A stretch of 64,000 nucleotides of DNA, taken from Alphaproteobacteria bacterium. Lineage in GTDB: Bacteria > Pseudomonadota > Alphaproteobacteria > Rickettsiales > SXRF01. Numbering within the stretch: the first letter of the stretch is position 1; each line of letters starts with the position of its first letter. Of this stretch, positions 43,020-51,773 are shown piece by piece. A model generated the notes under the pieces. That model worked only from the letters and a program-made list of their open reading frames with translations, searched no databases and was not told the DNA's origin. The DNA lies in NCBI GenBank assembly GCA_033763775.1, contig JANRJW010000005.1, forward strand, positions 9,230 through 73,229, in the 5' to 3' direction. Position numbers and translations under genes: made by a program.

Positions 43020-43890
43020 CGCGCTGCCGCTCCTGTTCTGCTTTTTCGGTAATGGCAGGGGATTTTTTCTTGAAACGACTCACCACCTGACCCAGCACCA
43101 CGCAGGCCTCCTTATCGCGTTGCAGCGCGCTGAGCGACATAGCAAGCTTCAGCAGATTATCGCCAGCTTTCTGCCCATTGGGCATGACTTCGAATCCCTG
43201 CCGGAAATGATCCGCCGCCTGCACATAGTCACGGCGGATATAGTAGGTTTCACCCTGCCAGTAATAGGCATTACCAATCAGCGGATCTTTGGGATGGCGT
43301 TTGATAAAGTCAGCAAAAGTTTTGGAGGCTTCATCGTAGTTGGTCTGCTGCAGCAGTCGAAACGCATGCTGATAATGCTCGCGGGGTGTTGCAAATTCAG
43401 TCGTCTTAGCTTCAGCCGGTGGTGTTTCTGGCTTGCTTTCTGCGAGGTTGCCGGTGAGTGGCTTGCGCTCTGTTTTGCTGGTATCGGCCGCTGTGGCTGG
43501 TGCGTCCGTTGCTGCGGGCGATACTGCTGCTTTGCCCTCATTGAAGCGGAACTCAGTATCGCGCTGGAATTTTTCAAAATTTTCAGCGAGCTGGCGGTTT
43601 TTAAACTCCACTTCTTCGACTTTTCCGCGCAGCGCGCGCATTTCTTCTTCCATCTGGCTCAGCCGCACACCCAGTGCTGCTGGCCCGCCGCTTTCGGCAA
43701 TCTCATTGTCATTCAGTGGGGTTAGGGTAGCGGTAGGCGTTTCGCCGCGCGCCATCTGACGCTGTAGCAGCTGCAAATCACGCTCCAGACGCTCCATGCG
43801 CAGCATGGTCGCTTGATTCTCAGTCAGCTGAGCGTAGGCGGGGGAGCAGATAGAGGCAGCGACGTAAACAACAAACAGCAGGCGTTTCAT
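43009..43890 (-). CDS. cpoB: Tol-Pal system protein CpoB/YbgF (coiled coil + TPR)
   Basis: Signal peptide MKRLLFVVYVAASICSPAYAQ, a coiled-coil region, and C-terminal TPRs (YQHAFRLLQQTNYDEA...AYYWQGETYY). Start is chosen downstream of the pal terminator. Confidence 0.8.
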   Translation of the reverse strand: MKRLLFVVYVAASICSPAYAQLTENQATMLRMERLERDLQLLQRQMARGETPTATLTPLNDNEIAESGGPAALGVRLSQMEEEMRALRGKVEEVEFKNRQLAENFEKFQRDTEFRFNEGKAAVSPAATDAPATAADTSKTERKPLTGNLAESKPETPPAEAKTTEFATPREHYQHAFRLLQQTNYDEASKTFADFIKRHPKDPLIGNAYYWQGETYYIRRDYVQAADHFRQGFEVMPNGQKAGDNLLKLAMSLSALQRDKEACVVLGQVVSRFKKKSPAITEKAEQERQRVGC

Positions 43891-43950
43891 AACAAACCTA
43901 TGGCTGATTAATAGTGCAGGAAGAATAGCGATGTTTTTAGAAAACGACAC

Positions 43951-43985
43951 AAAAAAAATCGCCCTGCCGCTGGGGCAGGGCGATG
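43951..43985 (-). terminator. Rho-independent terminator/attenuator after pal
   Basis: On the minus strand, ATCGCCCTGCC-CCAGC-GGCAGGGCGAT is followed by TTTTTTTT. Confidence 0.75.
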
Positions 43986-44001
43986 TTTTGTCAGCTGATC
44001 A

Positions 44002-44484
44002 TTAGTTGCTGAGAACCGTTACGCCGCGGCGATTCTGGCTCCATGCCGACTCGTCCGAACCAATCACAGCTGGGCGCTCTTTGCCGTAGCTGATGGTGGA
44101 GACGCGGTTGGCGGCAACGCCAAGACCAACCAGATATTTTTTCACAGCCGATGCACGACGCTCACCGAGCGCGAGGTTGTACTCACGGGTGCCGCGCTCA
44201 TCCGCATGGCCTTCAACGGTCACGTTCATGTTGCCATACTGCTTCAGCCATGCAGCCTGACGCTCGAGCGTGCGCTGGCCTTCCGGAGTGATGGTCGCGC
44301 TATCGAAATCAAAGAACACGCGATCACCCACGTTCTGGGCAAGGTCTTCCTGAGTGCCGGGGGCTGCATTGCCACCTGCGCCGCCGCGGCCATCCGCGCC
44401 AGAGGAACCGCCCGGGGTGGTTTCGCACGCTGCGAGCAGCAGAACAGCAGAAGCAATAGCAAGAGATTTGGTAAAAATATTCAT
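44002..44484 (-). CDS. pal: Peptidoglycan-associated lipoprotein Pal
   Basis: Lipobox LLLAAC. OmpA-like domain (VFFDFDSATI...VTVEGHADERGTREYNLALGERRA). Confidence 0.9.
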   Translation of the reverse strand: MNIFTKSLAIASAVLLLAACETTPGGSSGADGRGGAGGNAAPGTQEDLAQNVGDRVFFDFDSATITPEGQRTLERQAAWLKQYGNMNVTVEGHADERGTREYNLALGERRASAVKKYLVGLGVAANRVSTISYGKERPAVIGSDESAWSQNRRGVTVLSN

Positions 44485-44642
44485 AAACAAGCTCCTAACG
44501 GGTAAGTGGTGTATAACGCGCAGCCCTTGCAGGCTTTTAAAAACGTCTACCAATTAGTGTAATCCACGAGCAAATCAACAGGAACCGGTAGCCACCTTTC
44601 CGAAAAACCCCCAATGTGCCAAAACGGCAACAGTTGAAGTTG

Positions 44643-45941
44643 TTACATCGGTAGCAGCGGCGACCAGGTGGGATCCGATCCATCCATCGGGGTGACTATT
44701 TCCCTCAGGTTGTAGCCGGTCAGATCAACGGAATAGAGGCGGGTGCGACCTGATCGGTTGCCGCGGTTCGGCTCCGATCGGTGGAAAACAATCACGCGAC
44801 CGTTGGGCGACCAGCTGGGGCCTTCATCAAGGTAGCTCTCGGTGAGCAGGCGTTCACCGCTACCATCCGGACGCATGACGCCGATAAAGAAGCGACCGCC
44901 GCTCATTTTAGTAAAGGCGATTAAATCGCCGCGCGGTGACCAGACTGGGGTGCCATAGCGCCCATCGCCGAAGCTGATGCGCTTCACACCCGAGCCATCA
45001 GCATTCATCACATAAAGCTGCTGTGAGCCGCCGCGGTCAGAGTTGAAGACAATCTGACTGCCATCGGGCGAATAGCTGGGCGAGGTGTTAATACCAGCGC
45101 CATCGGTGAGCTTGACCATGCGGCGCGAGCGCAGATCCATACGGTAAATCTGGGTATTACCGCCGTTAGCAATGGACATGATGATGGTATTGCCATCCTC
45201 GGCAAAGCGCGGGGCAAACGACATGCCTTCAAATACGCCGAGTGATTCCTCGCGGCCGGTCTGCAGATCACGCAAGAATACGCGTGGTTGCTTGCCAGCA
45301 TAGGAGAGATAGAGAATTTCCTGAGAGTTAGGCGAGAAGCGGGGGGTCAGCACCAGAAAACGGCCATCGGTGAGGAATTTATGGTTTTCTCCGTCCTGAT
45401 CCATGATGGCAAGGCGCTTGATGCGTTTGGTATCGGGGCCGGATTCTGCAATGTAAACAATGCGAGAATCAAAATAACCATCTTCACCCGTCAGGCGCTT
45501 GTAAATTTCGTCGGACATGATGTGGGCGATGCGGCGCCAGTTGCTTTTAAAGGTATTATATTCTTTGCCGGCAATCTGCTGCTCGCCCACCACATCCCAT
45601 AGCCGGAATGATACTTTCAGCTTATCGCCGCCCTCACTGGTGACTGAGCCAGTGACCAGTGCTGCGGCATTGATGCGCCGCCAGTCGCCAAAGCGGGGGA
45701 TGCCGGTTTGCGACGTAATTTGCTCAATAAATGCATCTTTGGGAATCGGTTTAAACAGGCCGGAGCGCTCAAGATTGGCGGCGACCACACGCATGATATC
45801 TTCACCTGCTGGATTGCCCGCGAGATCCGGCAGCGCAATCGGCAGCGGATCGACATTGCCGCGCGTAATATCAATACGCAGCGCGGCGTTGGCGGGCAAT
45901 GAAAATAGAAGCGAAAGAAAAGCAGCAATCACTATGCGCAT
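44643..45941 (-). CDS. tolB: Tol-Pal system beta-propeller protein TolB
   Basis: Signal peptide [19 protein letters not shown], TolB N-domain and repeated PxWSPDG-type blades ([36 protein letters not shown]). Confidence 0.92.
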   Translation of the reverse strand: MRIVIAAFLSLLFSLPANAALRIDITRGNVDPLPIALPDLAGNPAGEDIMRVVAANLERSGLFKPIPKDAFIEQITSQTGIPRFGDWRRINAAALVTGSVTSEGGDKLKVSFRLWDVVGEQQIAGKEYNTFKSNWRRIAHIMSDEIYKRLTGEDGYFDSRIVYIAESGPDTKRIKRLAIMDQDGENHKFLTDGRFLVLTPRFSPNSQEILYLSYAGKQPRVFLRDLQTGREESLGVFEGMSFAPRFAEDGNTIIMSIANGGNTQIYRMDLRSRRMVKLTDGAGINTSPSYSPDGSQIVFNSDRGGSQQLYVMNADGSGVKRISFGDGRYGTPVWSPRGDLIAFTKMSGGRFFIGVMRPDGSGERLLTESYLDEGPSWSPNGRVIVFHRSEPNRGNRSGRTRLYSVDLTGYNLREIVTPMDGSDPTWSPLLPM

Positions 45942-45984
45942 AAAAATTCCTTGAAATGAAAATGACAATTCAGCGAACCATATA

Positions 45985-46016
45985 CCAACAACTAACAACC
46001 AACAACTAACAACTAA
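45985..46016 (-). repeat. Tandem heptamer array (TTAGTTG x4.5) starting at the tolA stop codon
   Basis: The minus strand reads TTAGTTG TTAGTTG TTGGTTG TTAGTTG TTGG. The tolA TAG stop is part of the first unit. Confidence 0.6.
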
Positions 46017-46834
46017 TTAAGCATGTATTTCGGATCAAAATGCAGCTCGAGCTGGCTCCAGCCATTGTAGCGATCCGCAGGCAGGCCTTTCAGCGGGCTG
46101 CACATTTTCACTGCGCGGATGGCAGAATCCGCAGCTGCGCGGAAGAAGCTGTCGCGGCTGTAGCGCGACTTGCTTTCATCCGAAAGTTCCACGCGTGCGT
46201 AGCTGCCGTCCGGATTCATATCCACCATCACCACTACCACTAGATTCTGTGCATCTTTGGCACCGGCGGGAACGCTCCAGCATTTGGCAATCTGACTCAT
46301 GATCGCATCGCGCTCACTCATCGATAGCTGCATGGATGGGTCGAAGCGGTTTGAAAAACTTTTGCTCTTGCTGCTGGCGGTATCGCTTTCTTTTTTGCTG
46401 GTATCATCCTTTTTCTTCTGCGCCGTGTCTTTGACGGCTTTCAGCACAGCGTCCAGCGCTTCTTCTTTCTTTTTCTTGTCGTCTTTCTTTTCTTCTTTCT
46501 TGGGCTCAGGCTTTTTCTCTGCCGGCTTTTTCTCTGGTTTCACCACTTCCGGCTCTTTGGGCGCTGGCTCGCTTTCCGCCTGTTTCACCGGCGGGCTCGG
46601 CTTGGCCTGCTCTGGCTCTGGTTTTTCTTCTTTCTTTTCCTCTGGGGCAGGCGGCTGCTCGGATGGTTTAACATTCGTGATCCCGGTAATCGGGAGAATT
46701 TCTACCGTAATAGCCGCGGGCATAATCGGTTCATCGCGCTTCAAAAAATCAGGCAGGCCGAAAAACGCCAGCAAAAAAAGCGCAAGATGCAGGGCTGCGG
46801 AATAAATAACGCCGGTTTGACGCTCCTGTGCCAC
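46013..46834 (-). CDS. tolA: Tol-Pal system protein TolA
   Basis: N-terminal TM anchor ([15 protein letters not shown]), a Lys/Glu/Pro/Ala-rich domain II, a small C-terminal domain, and its position between tolR and tolB. Confidence 0.85.
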   Translation of the reverse strand: MAQERQTGVIYSAALHLALFLLAFFGLPDFLKRDEPIMPAAITVEILPITGITNVKPSEQPPAPEEKKEEKPEPEQAKPSPPVKQAESEPAPKEPEVVKPEKKPAEKKPEPKKEEKKDDKKKKEEALDAVLKAVKDTAQKKKDDTSKKESDTASSKSKSFSNRFDPSMQLSMSERDAIMSQIAKCWSVPAGAKDAQNLVVVVMVDMNPDGSYARVELSDESKSRYSRDSFFRAAADSAIRAVKMCSPLKGLPADRYNGWSQLELHFDPKYMLN

Positions 46835-46836
46835 GG

Positions 46837-47295
46837 TCAGCGCGCCTGCCTCGCCGGCTGCGAAGACTCCGTAAGCAGCGCGACTTTGGTAAAGCCGGCG
46901 GCATTGATTTCGCTCACCACCTGCATGATGCGGCCATAATCGACGGTGCGGTCGCCGCGCACAAAAATCCGCGTATCTTTTTTCGCACCGGCGATGGCGG
47001 TAAGGCGTGTCTGCAGCTCCGCCAGCTGCACCTCAGTTTTCTGAATGAAGACTTTGCCATCCGGCGCGATCGAAACCGCGAGCGGCTCATCCTGCCCCTG
47101 CACGGGCGATGATGATGTTTTCGGTAAATCGACAGTCACGCCGGTGGTCATCATCGGTGCGGCCACCATGAAAATCACCAGCAGCACCAGCATCACATCC
47201 ACAAAGGGGGTGACGTTAATGTCCGTGAATTGTGGCTGCGCAAAGCCGCGCCGCGAGCGCCTGCTAGAAGAACCACCGCCAAGTTTGATTGCCAT
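46837..47295 (-). CDS. tolR: Tol-Pal system protein TolR (ExbD family)
   Basis: INVTPFVDVMLVLLVIFMV TM helix with the conserved Asp. ExbD fold. Confidence 0.9.
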   Translation of the reverse strand: MAIKLGGGSSSRRSRRGFAQPQFTDINVTPFVDVMLVLLVIFMVAAPMMTTGVTVDLPKTSSSPVQGQDEPLAVSIAPDGKVFIQKTEVQLAELQTRLTAIAGAKKDTRIFVRGDRTVDYGRIMQVVSEINAAGFTKVALLTESSQPARQAR

Positions 47296-47298
47296 GGC

Positions 47299-48051
47299 TC
47301 AGGCCTCCAGCTGCCGCGAAAGAATCGTATCGAACTCGGTCGAGAAATCATCCAGCTTGTTGGAAAAGCGAGAGACTTCGCTCGAGAATTTATTATAGGC
47401 AATCACCGCAGGAATCGCTGCAAACAAGCCGATGGCTGTAGCAAAAAGCGCCTCCGCAATGCCGGGCGCCACGGCGACCAGCGAGGTATTCTGCGACATG
47501 GCAATCGAATGGAAGCTGTTCATGATGCCCCACACGGTGCCAAACAGACCGATAAACGGTGCGGATGAGCCGACCGTTGCCAGAAAGCCGAGACCTTTCT
47601 CCAGGCTTTCCACTTCGCGGTTGCGCGCCACCATCATCACCTGCACGATGCGCTCGCGGAGGCTCAGGCGCAGCCCCTGCGGGGTCTGGTTTGCTGCGTT
47701 TTTTGAGCGGAACCATTCCTCCATGGCGGCCACAAAAATCACGGCCATGGGATGGCTTGCGCGTTTTTTAGATTTTTCATAAAATTTATCCAGCGCCTCC
47801 GACGACCAGAAATCGCTTTCAAAGCGAGCGGCCTTGGCCTTGATGCTGCGGAAGAGAAAGTATTTTTCAAATATAATCGCCCAGCACCAGAACGAGGCGA
47901 GTACCAGTAGAATCATGACCGATTTCACCACCCAATCGGCCTGCATGAACATGCCCCACATCGAAAAATCGATTTTGGCGACACTTCCGGCCAGCGTGGT
48001 GGACTCAACACCGGAAACAGCGGTGGAAACAGCTTGGTTTGCAGCAGTCAT
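47299..48051 (-). CDS. tolQ: Tol-Pal system protein TolQ (MotA/ExbB family)
   Basis: Three TM helices, with LATVGSSAPFIGLFGTVWGI and APGIAEALFATAIGL. Start at the ATG preceded by AGGAG. Confidence 0.9.
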   Translation of the reverse strand: MTAANQAVSTAVSGVESTTLAGSVAKIDFSMWGMFMQADWVVKSVMILLVLASFWCWAIIFEKYFLFRSIKAKAARFESDFWSSEALDKFYEKSKKRASHPMAVIFVAAMEEWFRSKNAANQTPQGLRLSLRERIVQVMMVARNREVESLEKGLGFLATVGSSAPFIGLFGTVWGIMNSFHSIAMSQNTSLVAVAPGIAEALFATAIGLFAAIPAVIAYNKFSSEVSRFSNKLDDFSTEFDTILSRQLEA

Positions 48052-48175
48052 GGAACTCCTCTTTTCAAGACGAACAAAGCGCACATCCTATAGAGCAAAC
48101 TACGTGCGGCGGCGAGTGAATTTTTTGTCATGGCGCTTAACAAAAAGTTAGACATATCATTTGGGTCGCAAGGCG

Positions 48176-48239
48176 ACCCTCACCCTAACCCTCTGCCTTA
48201 AAGGGAGAGGGGAGCGCGCTTAAGCGCGCGGGTGAGGGT
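48176..48239. repeat. 64-bp GGGTGAGGG-family palindromic element (intergenic copy)
   Basis: ACCCTCACCC (48176-48185) ... CCCTCTGCC TTAAA GGGAGAGGGG ... GGGTGAGGGT (48230-48239). The termini are the same as in the copy inside the rumA-like gene. Confidence 0.75.
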
Positions 48240-48260
48240 GTCTATTTCTCATTAAACACT

Positions 48261-48680
48261 CTAGGATTGACTAAATACAGCTTGAAGGGTTTCTCTAAGT
48301 TTGCCGTCAAGCTTTACTGGTTCAAACTGCCGATTCACAATCACGAGTTTCACCTCAAGCTTTGCGAGTAACAGCGAGTCGCGCAGGATGGATTGGCTCA
48401 GTGTGATACTTGCCTTACCCAGCGCTTCAAGCTGGGTGGTGACATGCAGCAGGTCGTCGAGACGCGCGGGTTTCAGGTAATCGATGCTGGCATGGCGCAC
48501 CACAAAACCAATCCCTTCATGCTCCAGCATTTCCAGTTGTGTCAGACCGGCAGCGCGCAGCGCTTCCGTGCGCGCGCGCTCGGCGAATTTGAGATAATTC
48601 GCGTAATATACCACGCCGCCAGCATCGGTATCTTCGTAATAGACGCGGATGGGGAAGGCAGAAGGGTTATTCATGCTCAT
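48261..48680 (-). CDS. ybgC: Tol-Pal-associated acyl-CoA thioesterase YbgC (4HBT family)
   Basis: [27 protein letters not shown] is the hot-dog fold signature. It lies upstream of tolQ. Confidence 0.88.
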   Translation of the reverse strand: MSMNNPSAFPIRVYYEDTDAGGVVYYANYLKFAERARTEALRAAGLTQLEMLEHEGIGFVVRHASIDYLKPARLDDLLHVTTQLEALGKASITLSQSILRDSLLLAKLEVKLVIVNRQFEPVKLDGKLRETLQAVFSQS

Positions 48681-49710
48681 CTATGAGCGGCAGGGCTGCA
48701 AGGCTTGCCGGTGGTTTCAGGCCGAGATGGCTGAAGCAGCCCGGCGTTAAGCAGCGTCCGCGCGGCGTGCGCTGGATAAAGCCCACCTGCAGCAGGTAGG
48801 GCTCGATGGTTTCTTCAATTGCATCACGCTGCTCAGAAAGCCCGGCGGCGATGGTTTCCACACCGACTGGCCCGCCCTGATAATGCTCGGCGATGTAGCG
48901 CAGGTAGCGGTGATCGGCGGAGTCCAGCCCCAGCGCATCTACCTCCAGCTTCATCAGCGAGCTATCCGCCAGTTTCTGATCAATGGTCTTGCTCCCAGCG
49001 CTGTCCGCATAATCGCGCACACGGCGCAGCAGGCGGATGGCGATTCTTGGCGTGCCGCGCGAGCGGCGGGCAATTTCATGCGATCCATCTTTGCTGATGC
49101 CGATCTCAAGCAGGCTGGCGGCGCGCTCAATCACTTTTTGCAAATCGGGCACATCATAAAATCTCAGGCGCAGTGGAATGCCAAAACGATCACGCAGCGG
49201 GCCGGCAATCAGCCCGAGGCGGGTGGTCGCGCCCACCAGCGTGAATTTGGGCAGGTCGATGCGCACGGTGCGCGCCGCCGGGCCTTCACCAATCAAGAGG
49301 TCGAGCTTGAAATCCTCCATCGCCGGATAGAGCACTTCCTCCACCGCAGGCGAGAGGCGGTGGATTTCATCGACAAACAGCACATCATTCGGTTGCAGGC
49401 TGGTGAGGATGGCAGCAAGGTCGCCAGCTTTGGTCAGGATCGGCCCTGAGGTTGGCTTGAATCCCACCCCCATTTCGCGCGCGATAATCTGGGCGAGGGT
49501 GGTTTTTCCCAGCCCCGGCGGGCCGTAAAGCAGCACATGATCCAGCGCGTCTTTTCGCTTTCTCGCCGCGCCGACAAACACGCGCAGATTCTCGCATACC
49601 TCGGGCTGGCCGGTGAAATCCGAAAACGATGTCGGGCGCAGCGCGTGCTGGCTGGCATCATCATCCCGCGTATCGGGCGTTATCAGGCGTTCGGCGGTTT
49701 CATTTACCAT
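48667..49710 (-). CDS. ruvB: Holliday junction helicase RuvB
   Basis: [28 protein letters not shown] and TLVGATTR.G....PLRDRFG. Confidence 0.96.
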   Translation of the reverse strand: MVNETAERLITPDTRDDDASQHALRPTSFSDFTGQPEVCENLRVFVGAARKRKDALDHVLLYGPPGLGKTTLAQIIAREMGVGFKPTSGPILTKAGDLAAILTSLQPNDVLFVDEIHRLSPAVEEVLYPAMEDFKLDLLIGEGPAARTVRIDLPKFTLVGATTRLGLIAGPLRDRFGIPLRLRFYDVPDLQKVIERAASLLEIGISKDGSHEIARRSRGTPRIAIRLLRRVRDYADSAGSKTIDQKLADSSLMKLEVDALGLDSADHRYLRYIAEHYQGGPVGVETIAAGLSEQRDAIEETIEPYLLQVGFIQRTPRGRCLTPGCFSHLGLKPPASLAALPLIDEHE

Positions 49711-49713
49711 AAT

Positions 49714-49778
49714 GTCATCCCGAGCGTAGTCGAGGGATCTTTAAGATCCTTCGACGCGCTTTGCTTGCTCAGGATGAC
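49714..49778. repeat. 65-bp palindromic intercistronic element (GTCATCC...GGATGAC family), ruvA-ruvB spacer
   Basis: GTCATCCCGAGCGTAG-TCGAGGGATCT-TTAAG-ATCCTTCGAC-...GCTCAGGATGAC. Its reverse complement aligns along its whole length with 55257-55321. Confidence 0.8.
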
Positions 49779-49789
49779 AATGAAAGATT

Positions 49790-50416
49790 TCATCCTCGCG
49801 CCAACTCCTTCAAACTAATCCTAATCATCTCATCCAACCCTTTCGCGACTTCGCTGGCTTTCAGCGCCGCTGCGAAAGCTTCCGTGCGCGAGTAGCCAAG
49901 GTTGACGAGGGCGGAGATGGCATCTTCGGTGGACGGTGAACGGCTAACGTTTGACGGTTTTTGACTTGGCATTGCTTTCTTATCATCCGTCATCCGCAAT
50001 CCGTCTACCGGCATCTTCGCCACCTTGTCTTTCAGCTCAGTGACGATGCGTTCGGCAAGCCCGGCGCCAATGCCCTTAATGCGCGAAAAGGCGGTGGTAT
50101 CCTTCGCCAGAATCGCCTGCGCCATCTGCTGCGGTGTGTAGGCGTTCATGATCTGCAGCGCTACTTTATTGCCCACACGCTGCACAGTGGTGAGCAGGCG
50201 AAACCATTCGCGCTCGGTTTTATCAGGGAATCCATAAAGCTGCTGGGTATCTTCACGCACAATCATCTCAATATATAACTCAGCCGCATCGCCCTCCTTG
50301 CCAAGCGCTGCCAGCGTGCGCTGTGAGCAAAACACCAGGTAGCCGACACCGCCCACATCCAGCAGCAGGCTGTCTTCTTCTTTGTCATCGATGTGTCCGC
50401 GGAGTTTGCCGATCAT
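49790..50416 (-). CDS. ruvA: Holliday junction DNA-binding protein RuvA
   Basis: MIGKLRG......LLLDVGGVGY.V, HhH motifs (IKGIGAGLAERIV) and C-terminal domain III. Confidence 0.93.
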   Translation of the reverse strand: MIGKLRGHIDDKEEDSLLLDVGGVGYLVFCSQRTLAALGKEGDAAELYIEMIVREDTQQLYGFPDKTEREWFRLLTTVQRVGNKVALQIMNAYTPQQMAQAILAKDTTAFSRIKGIGAGLAERIVTELKDKVAKMPVDGLRMTDDKKAMPSQKPSNVSRSPSTEDAISALVNLGYSRTEAFAAALKASEVAKGLDEMIRISLKELARG

Positions 50417-50931
50417 GCGTATGCTCTCATTGTTCGCATATGTGAATGCGTAATGGCAACGGCCAGCGCATCGGCGCTGTCAGCGCTTGCGGCGTTGCTT
50501 GCGGGTAGCAGGGTTTTGACCATCATCGCAATCTGCTCTTTGCTGGCATGGCCGGAGCCAACCACGCTCTTTTTGACCTGCGTGGCACTATACTCAGAAA
50601 GCGCAAGGTTGGCCAGCGAAACCGAAAGCATCAGCGCGCCGCGCGCTTGCCCCAGCTTCAGCGACGAGGCACCGCTGACATTGACAAAGGTTTCCTCCAT
50701 GGCGGCTTCCTCGGGCCTGTAAAGAGCAAGCACGCGGGAAAGTTCGTCGTGCAGGTGCTTGAGGCGCAGCGCCATCGGCGCTTTCGCGGGCGGGGTGATG
50801 CGGCCACACGCCACAAATGAAAGGCGGTTCTGCTGGCTGTCGATGATGCCCCAGCCGGTGTGGGTGAGGCCGGGGTCGATGCCGAGGATGCGATAGTGGG
50901 GTGAAGGGCTAAGAGAGTGTTTGGAAATCAT
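50413..50931 (-). CDS. ruvC: Holliday junction resolvase RuvC
   Basis: [26 protein letters not shown] and [10 protein letters not shown] (catalytic acidic residues). Confidence 0.93.
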   Translation of the reverse strand: MISKHSLSPSPHYRILGIDPGLTHTGWGIIDSQQNRLSFVACGRITPPAKAPMALRLKHLHDELSRVLALYRPEEAAMEETFVNVSGASSLKLGQARGALMLSVSLANLALSEYSATQVKKSVVGSGHASKEQIAMMVKTLLPASNAASADSADALAVAITHSHMRTMRAYA

Positions 50932-51686
50932 GCGGCGCTCGAATCATCGAACAATCGAATCATCGAATCATCAGCAACGTTAGTAAATACTTCCTGCACA
51001 TCATCGTTATCTTCAAGCGTTTCGATGAGTTTAAGCAGCAGGCGCGCCTGCTCGTCGCCAACGGCAACGGTGTTTTTCGGTTTCCACACCATCTTGGCAG
51101 AAAGCGGTGCACCATAATGTTTCTCAAGCGCCGCCTGCACGCTGCCAAACTGTGTTGGTGCAGCGATAATCACATGCTGATCAGCTTCAAAACCGCAATC
51201 ATCCGCGCCTGCTTCAATTGCCGCCTCGAACATGCGCTCAATGGGGGCGACTTTCGCGTCAAAAATAATCATGCCCACTTGATCAAACATGAAGCTCACG
51301 CTGCCAGTCTCACCCAGATTACCGCCATATTTAGTGAAGGCGGCGCGCATTTCGGGAGCAGTGCGGTTGCGGTTATCGGTCAGCGCCTGCACGATGACCG
51401 CGGTGCCGCCCGGGCCGTAGCCTTCGTAGCGTACAGGCTCGAACTTGTCGCTATCCGTCTGGCCGCTGCCGCGCTTAATGGCCGCATCGATTTTATCACG
51501 CGGCATATTTTCTTCACGCGCCCACCCGATGGCGGCGCGCAGGCGCGGATTCATCGAAGGATCCGGCGCACCGGTTTTGCACGCGGAGATAATCTCGCGC
51601 GCGACCTTGTTCAGCACCTTGGCTTTTTTGGCATCCTGTGCGCCTTTGCGGCGCATGATGTTTTTAAATTGGGAATGGCCTGCCAT
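50928..51686 (-). CDS. yebC: YebC/PmpR-family transcriptional regulator
   Basis: [23 protein letters not shown] is the invariant YebC N-terminus. ATGA overlap with ruvC. Confidence 0.93.
   Translation of the reverse strand: MAGHSQFKNIMRRKGAQDAKKAKVLNKVAREIISACKTGAPDPSMNPRLRAAIGWAREENMPRDKIDAAIKRGSGQTDSDKFEPVRYEGYGPGGTAVIVQALTDNRNRTAPEMRAAFTKYGGNLGETGSVSFMFDQVGMIIFDAKVAPIERMFEAAIEAGADDCGFEADQHVIIAAPTQFGSVQAALEKHYGAPLSAKMVWKPKNTVAVGDEQARLLLKLIETLEDNDDVQEVFTNVADDSMIRLFDDSSAA
50939..50970. repeat. Four tandem octamers (TCGAATCA / TCGAACAA) inside the yebC 3' end
   Basis: TCGAATCA TCGAACAA TCGAATCA TCGAATCA. These encode the repetitive tail [11 protein letters not shown] just before the yebC stop / ruvC start. 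Confidence 0.6.
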
Positions 51687-51773
51687 AGTAGTTTTGATGA
51701 AAGATGATTTGATGAAGGATGAGCCGATGATTATCTTTTTATCAGTTAATCATTCATCCGTTCATCAATCCAT

